A stretch of 46,923 bases of DNA, taken from assembly GCA_943354525.1 (NCBI GenBank), contig CALRCI010000001.1:1-46923 (forward strand). The letters run 5' to 3'. The notes beneath the pieces are model-generated. The model had not been told where the DNA came from. It worked only from the letters and a program-made list of their open reading frames with translations, and did no database searches. The stretch is from Candidatus Nomurabacteria bacterium (GTDB lineage Bacteria > Patescibacteriota > Minisyncoccia > Phycocordibacterales > UBA9973). Shown piece after piece: positions 39,943 to 46,923 of this stretch. Both the position numbers and the translations under genes were made by a program. Positions within the stretch are counted from its first letter, which is position 1, and every line of letters begins with the position of its first letter.

Positions 39943-39974
39943 GTGAAGGGCTGTTTGGTAACAGTTCCCTTCAC
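39943..39974 (-). terminator. hairpin after the 578-aa secreted protein gene
   Basis: GTGAAGGGCTGTT-tggt-AACAG(tt)CCCTTCAC. Confidence 0.6.
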
Positions 39975-39999
39975 ACAGAAAATTAACATTACTTATTAC

Positions 40000-41736
40000 T
40001 TACTTGTGACTTACAGACATACCGCCTTTGATACCGCCAGTTTGCATTTTTGTGCCTACGTTGGAGAGTATTGAATTGTTGGTGTTATATGTCCCGAGGT
40101 GCGATTGCATCGGATACGAGGTGTTTGCGGTGTTGGATGTATTCCAATACGTTATATTGCCCGTCTTCTGCGAGGGTGCTTGTGACCAGGTTTGTTTGGG
40201 AGCGACATTCTGAGTGGAAGCCGTAGCAGTGCTCCATGAAGGATTCGTTCCTTTTGAACTTGTGGTCTGTTGATAGCTGATGTGTGGTTGCGGTGTACTG
40301 GTAGTTGCGGCAGATGCTTTTGTCGTAGTTGCGAGCTGTGTCGTATGCGAAGCACTGATGCCGTTCTGTGTTTGTGTGCCAGCAACTCCTTTGATTCCCA
40401 TCGTATTTGAGGAAGTTGGATTAGTCGGTGGCACTTTCGTGTAAACCGAATTCGCATTTGTCGAAGCCATCGACTGCGACGAATACTTTGTCTGCGTCTG
40501 TGCACCTCCTTTTACTGCAGTAGTAGCTACAGGAATCGTATTGCCTGGCGGCGTTTTGGCATAAATTGAACTATTAGTAGTAGCCATATTCGTACTGCCT
40601 GCCATGCGATGACCGCCTGTACCAGCTGGTCCTTGATCCCCGTTTCCGAGAACACCAGTTCCATTGCCGTTATAGGTGATATCACCATGACCCGGTGCAG
40701 GGGCTGGGCCTCCTGACTGCGGATTTACTGATGGCAAATACGTTACAACAAAGTTGTTAAATGAATTCGTATTGAATGAATTCACATTATTCGTGGTGTT
40801 GTAGTAATTATTCACGACATTCTGCACTTGCGGAGTGTTGTAGTAACCGCACTGCTGCTGGCCATACGAGTTCGTGAATATGAAGCTGAATTGGATGCAC
40901 GCTTGCGCAAGCAACCCACAGAGCGGTGATCCGTACTGTGGCATACAATAGCCTTGATATTGCTGTGGCTGGTCATAAATGACCGGCTGAGAACAATACT
41001 GCTGGCGATTCTGGTCATAATAACCATAGTCAGTGCCTTCAGGTGCGGATTGCGTATACTCCGGATGGTTATCAAGATGATTATCAATATGAATATTGAT
41101 GTCACCATTGCCATTCGTGTGAATTGTCGTATCAGCTCCGTTATACGTAATCGTCTGATTTTGTTTCGCAGTCGATGGTGACGTAGTAATCGGAATCGGC
41201 GTGCGGTCAGCAATCTGATTCACGCAGCCTTTCTTAGCAAGCACGGCTTTTTGGCCGTTTGATGCAGTGTACACGAGGCACAGTGTGTTGAAACCTGATG
41301 GTGAAAGGTAAAAACCATACTTTTGATTGACCTTATCCCATCCGAAGATAGCATAGTGTCCTACATCAGAGCATGGCGGGTACTCCCACTTGGATGCGCG
41401 ATATTTTGCAATTATCGTCTGCGCATCAACAGTTGCTTCACCAAGTCGTACAGCATCATAACCATTCCATATCAATGCGGCCTGTTGGTTATAATTTTCA
41501 CTAGTTACTCCCGGCGTTGCGCCTGCGAAGTCTCCATTTGCCATGTGGTCGGCGAATGCGTCTCCAGTAGCACCGGCAACGCATGGAAAATTACAATCTT
41601 GCCAGATAGGATTAAGTTCTTTTGAGTTCTGGTGCAGAGCATCATTGTCAACCCATTGCAGTGTTTGAGAGTGTGCAGTGTTTGTAATAAGTAATGTTGT
41701 CAAAGAGGCGAGTAAAATCGTTAAATAATTTTTCAT
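40000..41736 (-). CDS. secreted protein with Q/N/Y-rich and S/T-rich low-complexity C-terminal half (578 aa)
   Basis: Signal peptide MKNYLTILLASLTTLLITNTAHSQ. Folded-looking N-terminal ~190 aa, then a Q/N/Y-rich segment (YYDQNRQQYCSQPVIYDQPQQYQGYC...NNYYNTTNNVNSFNTNSFNN) and repeated T/S-rich units. Confidence 0.8.
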   Translation of the reverse strand: MKNYLTILLASLTTLLITNTAHSQTLQWVDNDALHQNSKELNPIWQDCNFPCVAGATGDAFADHMANGDFAGATPGVTSENYNQQAALIWNGYDAVRLGEATVDAQTIIAKYRASKWEYPPCSDVGHYAIFGWDKVNQKYGFYLSPSGFNTLCLVYTASNGQKAVLAKKGCVNQIADRTPIPITTSPSTAKQNQTITYNGADTTIHTNGNGDINIHIDNHLDNHPEYTQSAPEGTDYGYYDQNRQQYCSQPVIYDQPQQYQGYCMPQYGSPLCGLLAQACIQFSFIFTNSYGQQQCGYYNTPQVQNVVNNYYNTTNNVNSFNTNSFNNFVVTYLPSVNPQSGGPAPAPGHGDITYNGNGTGVLGNGDQGPAGTGGHRMAGSTNMATTNSSIYAKTPPGNTIPVATTAVKGGAQTQTKYSSQSMASTNANSVYTKVPPTNPTSSNTMGIKGVAGTQTQNGISASHTTQLATTTKASAATTSTPQPHISYQQTTSSKGTNPSWSTATASTQNVAPKQTWSQAPSQKTGNITYWNTSNTANTSYPMQSHLGTYNTNNSILSNVGTKMQTGGIKGGMSVSHK

Positions 41737-41857
41737 GGCGTTTAAATTTGTTTTTTATTCGGTGATAGATTTTTTTATAGTGTATCATAATTAATCAGTA
41801 TTGTCAAGGTATTTTGGCGATTGCCTATGGCTAAAATAGGCTATACTGTAAGGACAT

Positions 41858-43558
41858 ATGGTGACCTTCGACGATGACAAGCAGAATAAAAAAGTTGACG
41901 AATTGCGCCGCGAGGAAGAGGAGGAGCTCGTTCGTATGCTCGCCGAGGAGAAATATGGCCTCCCCTACGCCAATTTGATGACGGCAAGCATCGATAATGA
42001 GGCCCTTCGTTATATCGATGAGGATGTTGCCCGCGCGCAGAAGATTGCGCCGTTCAAAATTCTCGGCAAGAACATCGATATCGCCATTCATACTCCAGAA
42101 AATCCCGAACTCGAACATGTGCGTGCCGATCTCGAACGCAAAGGACTCCATGCGAATTTTTCCATGGCTTCGATGCAGAGTTTGGAAAAAGCATGGGCGC
42201 GATATGCTGAAATTTCTCATGCAACAGTCTCGCGCGTCGGCGGACTCGATATTTCGGGCAGCGATTTGAAAAAACTTTCTGATGAATTGCACACGACGGC
42301 CGATGTTGCGAGTACTGTTGCGGAAACACTCAAAGAAAACAAGACGCATACCGTCTCGATGGTGTACGAAATTATTCTCGCCGGTGCAATCGGCATCAAC
42401 GCATCTGATATTCACTTCGAACCGGAAGAAGATCATGTGCGCATGCGCTATCGTCTCGACGGCGTGCTCCAGGATATTCTCTCAATCGATCAGAAGACAT
42501 ACAAGCTCCTCCACTCACGTATCAAACTGATTTCCGGAATGAAACTCACGTCGGACAATATCGCGCAGGATGGGCGTTTCAGTATCTTTCTCGGCGACGA
42601 AGAAATCAGTGTGCGTGTCTCGGCAATTCCGGGCGCGTACGGTGAATCAATCGTGCTCCGAATACTGAATCCGAAATCCATCCAAGTCGAACTCGAAAGT
42701 ATGGGCATTGATCCGAAATTATTCGAAGTTATCAATCGCGAGATCAAGAAACCAAACGGCATGATTCTCCTGACTGGTCCGACCGGTTCCGGTAAGACGA
42801 CGACGCTCTATGCCTTCATTCGCCGGATCTACTCTCCTGAAATAAAGATCATCACCATCGAAGATCCAATCGAATACCACCTCGCCGGAATCACGCAGAC
42901 ACAGACAGACAATGAGCATGGCTATACATTCATCGAAGGTCTCCGCTCCGCACTCCGCCAAGACCCAGATGTCATCATGGTCGGTGAAATTCGTGACTCA
43001 GAGACGGCAAAAATCGCCGTTGAGTCCGCGCTCACTGGCCACATGGTCTTCTCGACGCTCCACACGAACAATGCTGCCGGAGTCATCCCCCGCCTGATCG
43101 ATCTCGAAGTGAATCCGAAGATTCTTGTCTCAGCACTGACGCTCTCCATCGCCCAGCGTCTCGTGCGCAAACTCTGCCCGGACTGCAAAAAAGAACTTGA
43201 AGTTCCGGAAAAAGATAAAACGCTGATGGCTGGCATCATCGCGCATGCAATCGATGTGGGCAAAGATCTCTCGCGCTACAATCTGACAAAAGAAACGCCG
43301 ATCAAACTCTGGGGTCCAATCGGCTGTGACAAATGCAATAAGACTGGGTACAAAGGACGCATCGGCGTCTTCGAAGCGATTCTCACTGATGAAGCGATTG
43401 GTAAAATCATGCCAAGCAATCCAAGTGAGCGTGAAATCGAGAAAGTCGCCGAGACACAAGGCATTCTCAACATGCGCGAAGACGGTGTCGTAAAAATCCT
43501 CTCCGGTGTCACCTCTCTCGAAGAAGTGCGGAGTGTAGTGGAGATGGAAGAGAATTAA
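41858..43558 (+). CDS. pilB: type II secretion/type IV pilus assembly ATPase (GspE/PilB family)
   Basis: Walker A LLTGPTGSGKTTTL, Walker B region DPDVIMVGEIRD, His box, tetracysteine motif CPDCKK...CDKCNKTGYKGR. Confidence 0.95.
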   Translation: MVTFDDDKQNKKVDELRREEEEELVRMLAEEKYGLPYANLMTASIDNEALRYIDEDVARAQKIAPFKILGKNIDIAIHTPENPELEHVRADLERKGLHANFSMASMQSLEKAWARYAEISHATVSRVGGLDISGSDLKKLSDELHTTADVASTVAETLKENKTHTVSMVYEIILAGAIGINASDIHFEPEEDHVRMRYRLDGVLQDILSIDQKTYKLLHSRIKLISGMKLTSDNIAQDGRFSIFLGDEEISVRVSAIPGAYGESIVLRILNPKSIQVELESMGIDPKLFEVINREIKKPNGMILLTGPTGSGKTTTLYAFIRRIYSPEIKIITIEDPIEYHLAGITQTQTDNEHGYTFIEGLRSALRQDPDVIMVGEIRDSETAKIAVESALTGHMVFSTLHTNNAAGVIPRLIDLEVNPKILVSALTLSIAQRLVRKLCPDCKKELEVPEKDKTLMAGIIAHAIDVGKDLSRYNLTKETPIKLWGPIGCDKCNKTGYKGRIGVFEAILTDEAIGKIMPSNPSEREIEKVAETQGILNMREDGVVKILSGVTSLEEVRSVVEMEEN

Positions 43559-43582
43559 AAAATCCCCTCTAGGGGATTTTTT
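43557..43582 (+). terminator. 12-bp hairpin plus T-run after pilB
   Basis: AAAAAATCCCCT-ct-AGGGGATTTTTT. Confidence 0.8.
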
Positions 43583-43588
43583 GGTTTC

Positions 43589-43752
43589 GCCATCCTAAAA
43601 ATTCTTTCTTAAATTTTGTTTTTAAGATCGCAACGATTCTGTATGCGTCTTTTGTAATTTCCGTGCAAGACTTGAACCATTCGAAAAATGAATGGATCGT
43701 GAGGTTGCTCGGGCTCATTAAAAAAAATTTAAGAAAGAATTTTTAGGATGGC
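43589..43752 (+). repeat. Family-2 clamp element, copy 2: 29-bp perfect arms (43589-43617 / 43724-43752), a few extra imperfect pairs, and a ~92-nt core (43626-43717)
   Basis: GCCATCCTAAAAATTCTTTCTTAAATTTT and its exact reverse complement. The core shares the blocks TCGCAACGAT.CTGTAT.CGT, TTCCGTGCAAGACT and AGGTTGCTCGG.CTCA with copy 1. Confidence 0.85.
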
Positions 43753-44064
43753 TCAGGCAAAATAAAAAAGCATAAATCTCCAAACAATCCTTATGGCAAT
43801 AGATGTCATAAGTAACACAATCTTAAAGGATGGCCCCAGCGAACTAATTAAAGAAGCCAAAACGTCCTTTGCGAAGGTATATAACGGAACCGCTGATTGC
43901 TTAGAGATTCATGCTCTCTTCTCGTTGAATCTCAGTATATATTAAAAAATGTACTTCGCTTCCGGCGAAGTGGTATACTCTGGGCATATCGTGTGTATAA
44001 ACCTGTTCTGGGAAGAGCATAGCATAGATGCTAAAATAAGTCAATAGCACCAAGCTCGTACGCC

Positions 44065-44070
44065 GATACT
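44065..44070 (+). promoter_or_regulatory. -10-like box GATACT, 7 nt before ATG 44078 (ruvB)
   Basis: ccGATACTgaaaatcATG. Confidence 0.4.
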
Positions 44071-44077
44071 GAAAATC

Positions 44078-45097
44078 ATGCCAAAAAATGACCAAAAAAT
44101 AGAAAAAAATAACGACATGTATCTCGATCAGACGCTTCGGCCAACGAATTGGGAGGATTATATCGGCCAGAGCACGATCAAAGAGAATCTGCGCATCTTG
44201 CTCGCGGCGGCACATGAGCGAAATCATCCGGCCGAGCATATTCTCTTCTATGGTCCGCCCGGTCTCGGCAAGACGACGCTCGCACATCTCATCGCCAAAG
44301 AAACAGGACGACAGATCAAGATCACGTCCGGTCCGGCAATCGAGAAAGTCGGCGACCTCGCATCGATTCTGACAAATCTCACGCCAGGTGACATCATGTT
44401 CATCGATGAAATTCATCGTCTGAATAAGATGGTGGAAGAAGTGCTCTATCCGGCGATGGAATCCGGCGTGCTCGACATCATCATCGGCAAAGGTCCGTCG
44501 GCGCGCACGATTCAGCTCGAACTCCCGCCATTCACGCTCATCGCCGCGACAACGCGCATTGCACTTCTCTCTTCCCCGCTCCGTTCGCGATTCTCGGGTG
44601 GTGTCTTCCGTCTCGAATTTTATTCTGAAGAAGAAATCGCCGAAATTATCCGTCGCTCGGCAAAAATTCTCGGCATCACACTCGAAGAAGGAGCAATTTC
44701 TGAAATCGCGAAACGTTCGCGCTTCACGCCACGCACGGCTAACTATTTCCTGAAGCGCTGCCGCGACTACGCGCAAGTCCACAAACAAGATCTCGATCAG
44801 AAGACAGTTTTTCTCGCGCTCTCACTCCTCGGCATCGATGAACTCGGACTTTCAGAATCTGATCGCCAAGTGCTCACCGTAATCATTGAGAAATTTAACG
44901 GCGGTCCGGTTGGGCTCTCGACGATTGCCGCGGCGACATCTGAAGAAGAAGCCACAATCGAAGAAGTCGTCGAACCATATCTCATCCAGCGCGGACTGCT
45001 CGAGCGCACGCCTCGCGGCCGTACCGCAACACGCAAGGCATATGAACATCTAGGATTTGATTTCCCCGGAGAAATAGTACAGCAGGAACTTTTGTAA
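44078..45097 (+). CDS. ruvB: Holliday junction DNA helicase RuvB
   Basis: Walker A GPPGLGKTTLA, Walker B IMFIDEIHRL, sensor region TTRIALLSSPLRSRF, C-terminal winged helix. Confidence 0.95.
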   Translation: MPKNDQKIEKNNDMYLDQTLRPTNWEDYIGQSTIKENLRILLAAAHERNHPAEHILFYGPPGLGKTTLAHLIAKETGRQIKITSGPAIEKVGDLASILTNLTPGDIMFIDEIHRLNKMVEEVLYPAMESGVLDIIIGKGPSARTIQLELPPFTLIAATTRIALLSSPLRSRFSGGVFRLEFYSEEEIAEIIRRSAKILGITLEEGAISEIAKRSRFTPRTANYFLKRCRDYAQVHKQDLDQKTVFLALSLLGIDELGLSESDRQVLTVIIEKFNGGPVGLSTIAAATSEEEATIEEVVEPYLIQRGLLERTPRGRTATRKAYEHLGFDFPGEIVQQELL

Positions 45098-45099
45098 CC

Positions 45100-45624
45100 A
45101 TGAGCCATTCGCAATGGGAGAAAAAGAAATATAAAAAGGCCGCAAGCGAGGGTAAGACGAGCAAGCTTTATACGAAGCTCGTACGCATGATCACGACTGA
45201 GGCCAAGAAATGCGGCGGCAACAAAGACGCGCCGGAGCTCAGGATGGCGATCGATAAGGCACGCGCCGTAAATATGCCGAATGACAATATCGAACGCGCA
45301 ATCAAGAAAGCAACTGAACTGGGAGAGGCCATGGAGCACATCACCTACGAAGCATACGGTCCGGCCGGTGTCGGCATCGTTATCCAAGCGCTTACCGGCA
45401 ATCGCAATAAAGCGGCACAGGAAATAAAATTTATTTTATCAAAAAATGGTTTCGCACTCGGAGCAATGGGATCAGTAACATGGAATTTCACGAAGACTGA
45501 GAATCATTGGAAGCCGAATACTTTTGTGACTGTGAGCGAAGAGGATGCAAATACTCTCATGGCGCTCGTCGAAGAACTTGAAGACAATGACGAAGTGCAG
45601 GAAGTATTCACTAATGCCGAATAA
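45100..45624 (+). CDS. yebC: YebC/PmpR-family protein, short form (174 aa)
   Basis: MSHSQWEKKKYKKAASEGKTSKLYTKLVRMITTEAK...NMPNDNIERAIKKA...YEAYGPAGVGIVIQALTGNRNK... and C-terminal DNDEVQEVFTN match YebC. Starts 2 nt after ruvB. Confidence 0.85.
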   Translation: MSHSQWEKKKYKKAASEGKTSKLYTKLVRMITTEAKKCGGNKDAPELRMAIDKARAVNMPNDNIERAIKKATELGEAMEHITYEAYGPAGVGIVIQALTGNRNKAAQEIKFILSKNGFALGAMGSVTWNFTKTENHWKPNTFVTVSEEDANTLMALVEELEDNDEVQEVFTNAE

Positions 45625-45627
45625 ATT

Positions 45628-46104
45628 ATGAAACTCATTTCTATTGATCCAGGTGTGGAAAGAGTCGGCATCGCCATCATTGAGAAAGAAAAAGGTGGCA
45701 AGGAGATTGTGCTTTTTTCTGAATGTTTCAAAACATCTGCAAAACTTCCCTATGGCGAGCGGCTCGCACTCATCGGAGAAGAAATTGCCGCGGTGATAAA
45801 AAAATGGAAACCAACGGCAATGGCAATCGAGAAATTGTATTTCGAGACGAACAAGACGACGGCCATGGCAGTAGCGGAGGCGCGTGGCGTGATCATCTAC
45901 GAGGCAAGCCGGGAGGGTCTGAAAATTTTTGAATACACGCCGATGGAAATCAAAGTTGCCGTGACCGGCTACGGCAAAAGCGACAAGCGGGCCATCATGA
46001 ATCTCGTACCGAAGCTCGTGAAGCTTCCCTCTCGTACGATGATTGATGATGAAATCGATGCCATCGCCGTCGGACTCACTGCCTTCGCGATTGAGCGATT
46101 TTAG
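45628..46104 (+). CDS. ruvC: crossover junction endodeoxyribonuclease RuvC
   Basis: MKLISIDPGVERVGIAIIE (catalytic Asp), AIEKLYF (Glu), C-terminal DDEIDAIAVGL acidic pair. Confidence 0.9.
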   Translation: MKLISIDPGVERVGIAIIEKEKGGKEIVLFSECFKTSAKLPYGERLALIGEEIAAVIKKWKPTAMAIEKLYFETNKTTAMAVAEARGVIIYEASREGLKIFEYTPMEIKVAVTGYGKSDKRAIMNLVPKLVKLPSRTMIDDEIDAIAVGLTAFAIERF

Positions 46105-46207
46105 ACTTTTCCACATTTTTGGCCAAAAGTTCTTGCAAAGGATTTTAGTTTTTGTTACAACTGGGGTACGCGAATTTGGGTCGCAATTACAAGAGCAATT
46201 TTTTACT

Positions 46208-46378
46208 ATGAGTTACCACGACGATATAGATGATATTAAGATGAGCGATGAAGAGGAAGAAATCGGTCCACTAGACCATGATCCTCTCGATGATCCCCTC
46301 GACGAACCTGAAAGCCTCGAAGACTATGTGGCCGCAGAAGATGCGGACGATACGGGTCCTGATGATGGAAACTATTAA
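46208..46378 (+). CDS. possible very acidic small protein (56 aa)
   Basis: ATG-initiated ORF MSYHDDIDDIKMSDEEEEIGPLDHDPLDDPLDEPESLEDYVAAEDADDTGPDDGNY. By hand count 24 of 56 residues are D/E and there is 1 K. A terminator palindrome follows. No homology evidence. Confidence 0.4.
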   Translation: MSYHDDIDDIKMSDEEEEIGPLDHDPLDDPLDEPESLEDYVAAEDADDTGPDDGNY

Positions 46379-46380
46379 GA

Positions 46381-46485
46381 TTAGTGACTAGGTTCTAGTG
46401 GCTAGTGATTAGAAAGAATACGAAACCCGTGACAGGCCCCTTGCCTGTCGCGGGTTTACTAGTCACTAGAAACTAGCTACTAACT
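46381..46485. repeat. CTAG-rich imperfect inverted repeat enclosing the ruvC-side/tyrS bidirectional terminator
   Basis: TTAGTGACTAGGTTCTAGTGGCTAGT (46381-46406) versus the reverse complement of 46459-46484 (TTAGTAGCTAGTTTCTAGTGACTAGT): 22/26 match by hand. Contains TAG stops in several frames. Confidence 0.65.
46423..46457. terminator. bidirectional 15-bp hairpin between the acidic ORF and tyrS
   Basis: AAACCCGTGACAGGC-ccctt-GCCTGTCGCGGGTTT (one G:T pair). Confidence 0.8.
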
Positions 46486-46923
46486 ACTATTTGGATGAAT
46501 CGATGTGCGCCGATGCGGTACGATCCGCTCTCGGCGAAATCTTCGAGTTCGAGCATCTTCTCCCCTGTCTCGAGATGGGTAATCGCTTTCGCTTCGAGCA
46601 AGCGGCGGAATTCGCTCTTCGACTTCACGATATCGAAACGAATCAATCCATCAGGAATTTCAGAACGCTCGGCAACAGTGAGCACATCCATATCTGTCGG
46701 AATTTCTTTATTTGAGAATGTCTTCGAGAAATTTTCTTCGGCAGATTTCGCTGCGTCTTCGCCGTGGTAGAATGTGACAATTTCGCGTGCGAGACGTTTC
46801 TTGAAGAACATCGGATTTTCTCCGCGCGCGACGGATTCTTTCATGGATTCAATTTCATCCATCGGAATTCTCGTCAGCAATTCGAAGTAGTCAAAGATGA
46901 CATCATCGACGATACCCATGAGC
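46473..46923 (-). CDS. tyrS: tyrosyl-tRNA synthetase, C-terminal part (gene continues beyond the window end)
   Basis: ...NPMFFKKRLAREIVTFYHGEDAAKSAEENF... and the S4-like tail KSKSEFRRLLEAKAITHLETGEKM are typical TyrS C-terminal regions. No start codon within the window. Confidence 0.75.
   Translation of the reverse strand, partial: LMGIVDDVIFDYFELLTRIPMDEIESMKESVARGENPMFFKKRLAREIVTFYHGEDAAKSAEENFSKTFSNKEIPTDMDVLTVAERSEIPDGLIRFDIVKSKSEFRRLLEAKAITHLETGEKMLELEDFAESGSYRIGAHRFIQIVVSS

Noticed and set aside
41831-42436. 201-aa minus-strand ORF
   Set aside because: Antisense to the 5' part of pilB.
43901-44788. 295-aa minus-strand ORF
   Set aside because: Antisense shadow ORF of ruvB, which has unambiguous Walker motifs on the plus strand.
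45472-46116. 214-aa minus-strand ORF
   Set aside because: Antisense to yebC and ruvC. No recognisable motifs.

Overview
46.9-kb gene-dense bacterial chromosomal fragment using the standard genetic code: about 53 protein genes and 7 tRNAs, with no rRNA, CRISPR array, transposase or integrase. The gene content suggests a reduced-genome Patescibacteria/CPR (Parcubacteria-like) organism; this is inference, not a database result. Supporting signs are many 'mini' housekeeping proteins (96-aa MscL, 174-aa YebC, 792-aa PolA with almost no 3'-5' exo region, 241-aa HolA-like), FemAB, a PilB/GspE ATPase next to very large surface proteins, and many small membrane-anchored hypotheticals. Recognisable genes include ruvA, ruvB-yebC-ruvC, ruvX, polA, fpg, tsaE, rplS, rpsT, an RluA-type pseudouridine synthase, a SpoU methyltransferase, an ABC exporter, ZIP, TspO, MscL, DedA, an AI-2E transporter, a sigma/anti-sigma pair, a sulfotransferase plus SbnB-like dehydrogenase pair, and the 3' part of tyrS. 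Main findings: (1) Two families of intergenic 'clamp' elements have a conserved core (66 nt, 3 copies; 92 nt, 2 copies). Each core is enclosed by 29-32 bp perfect inverted repeats whose sequence differs at every locus, and the cores contain compensatory hairpin changes. A third, similar palindrome has arms copied from the 3' end of the adjacent tRNA-Arg, and that copy ends in CCA. (2) Three paralogous ~565-580 aa proteins with about 9% cysteine (two in tandem) carry the same double zinc-ribbon module at both termini; function unknown. (3) A -10 box (TAnnnT, often TGnTAnnnT) lies exactly 6 nt upstream of the start codon at 17 operon-leading genes (an 18th, ruvB, has 7-nt spacing), implying widespread leaderless mRNAs. 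(4) There is an orphan consensus promoter plus strong terminator unit (candidate sRNA), a junction-less 80-nt cloverleaf palindrome, and a recurring CTAG-rich motif. (5) An AT-rich patch holds an orphan MazF-like toxin and an HNH endonuclease.
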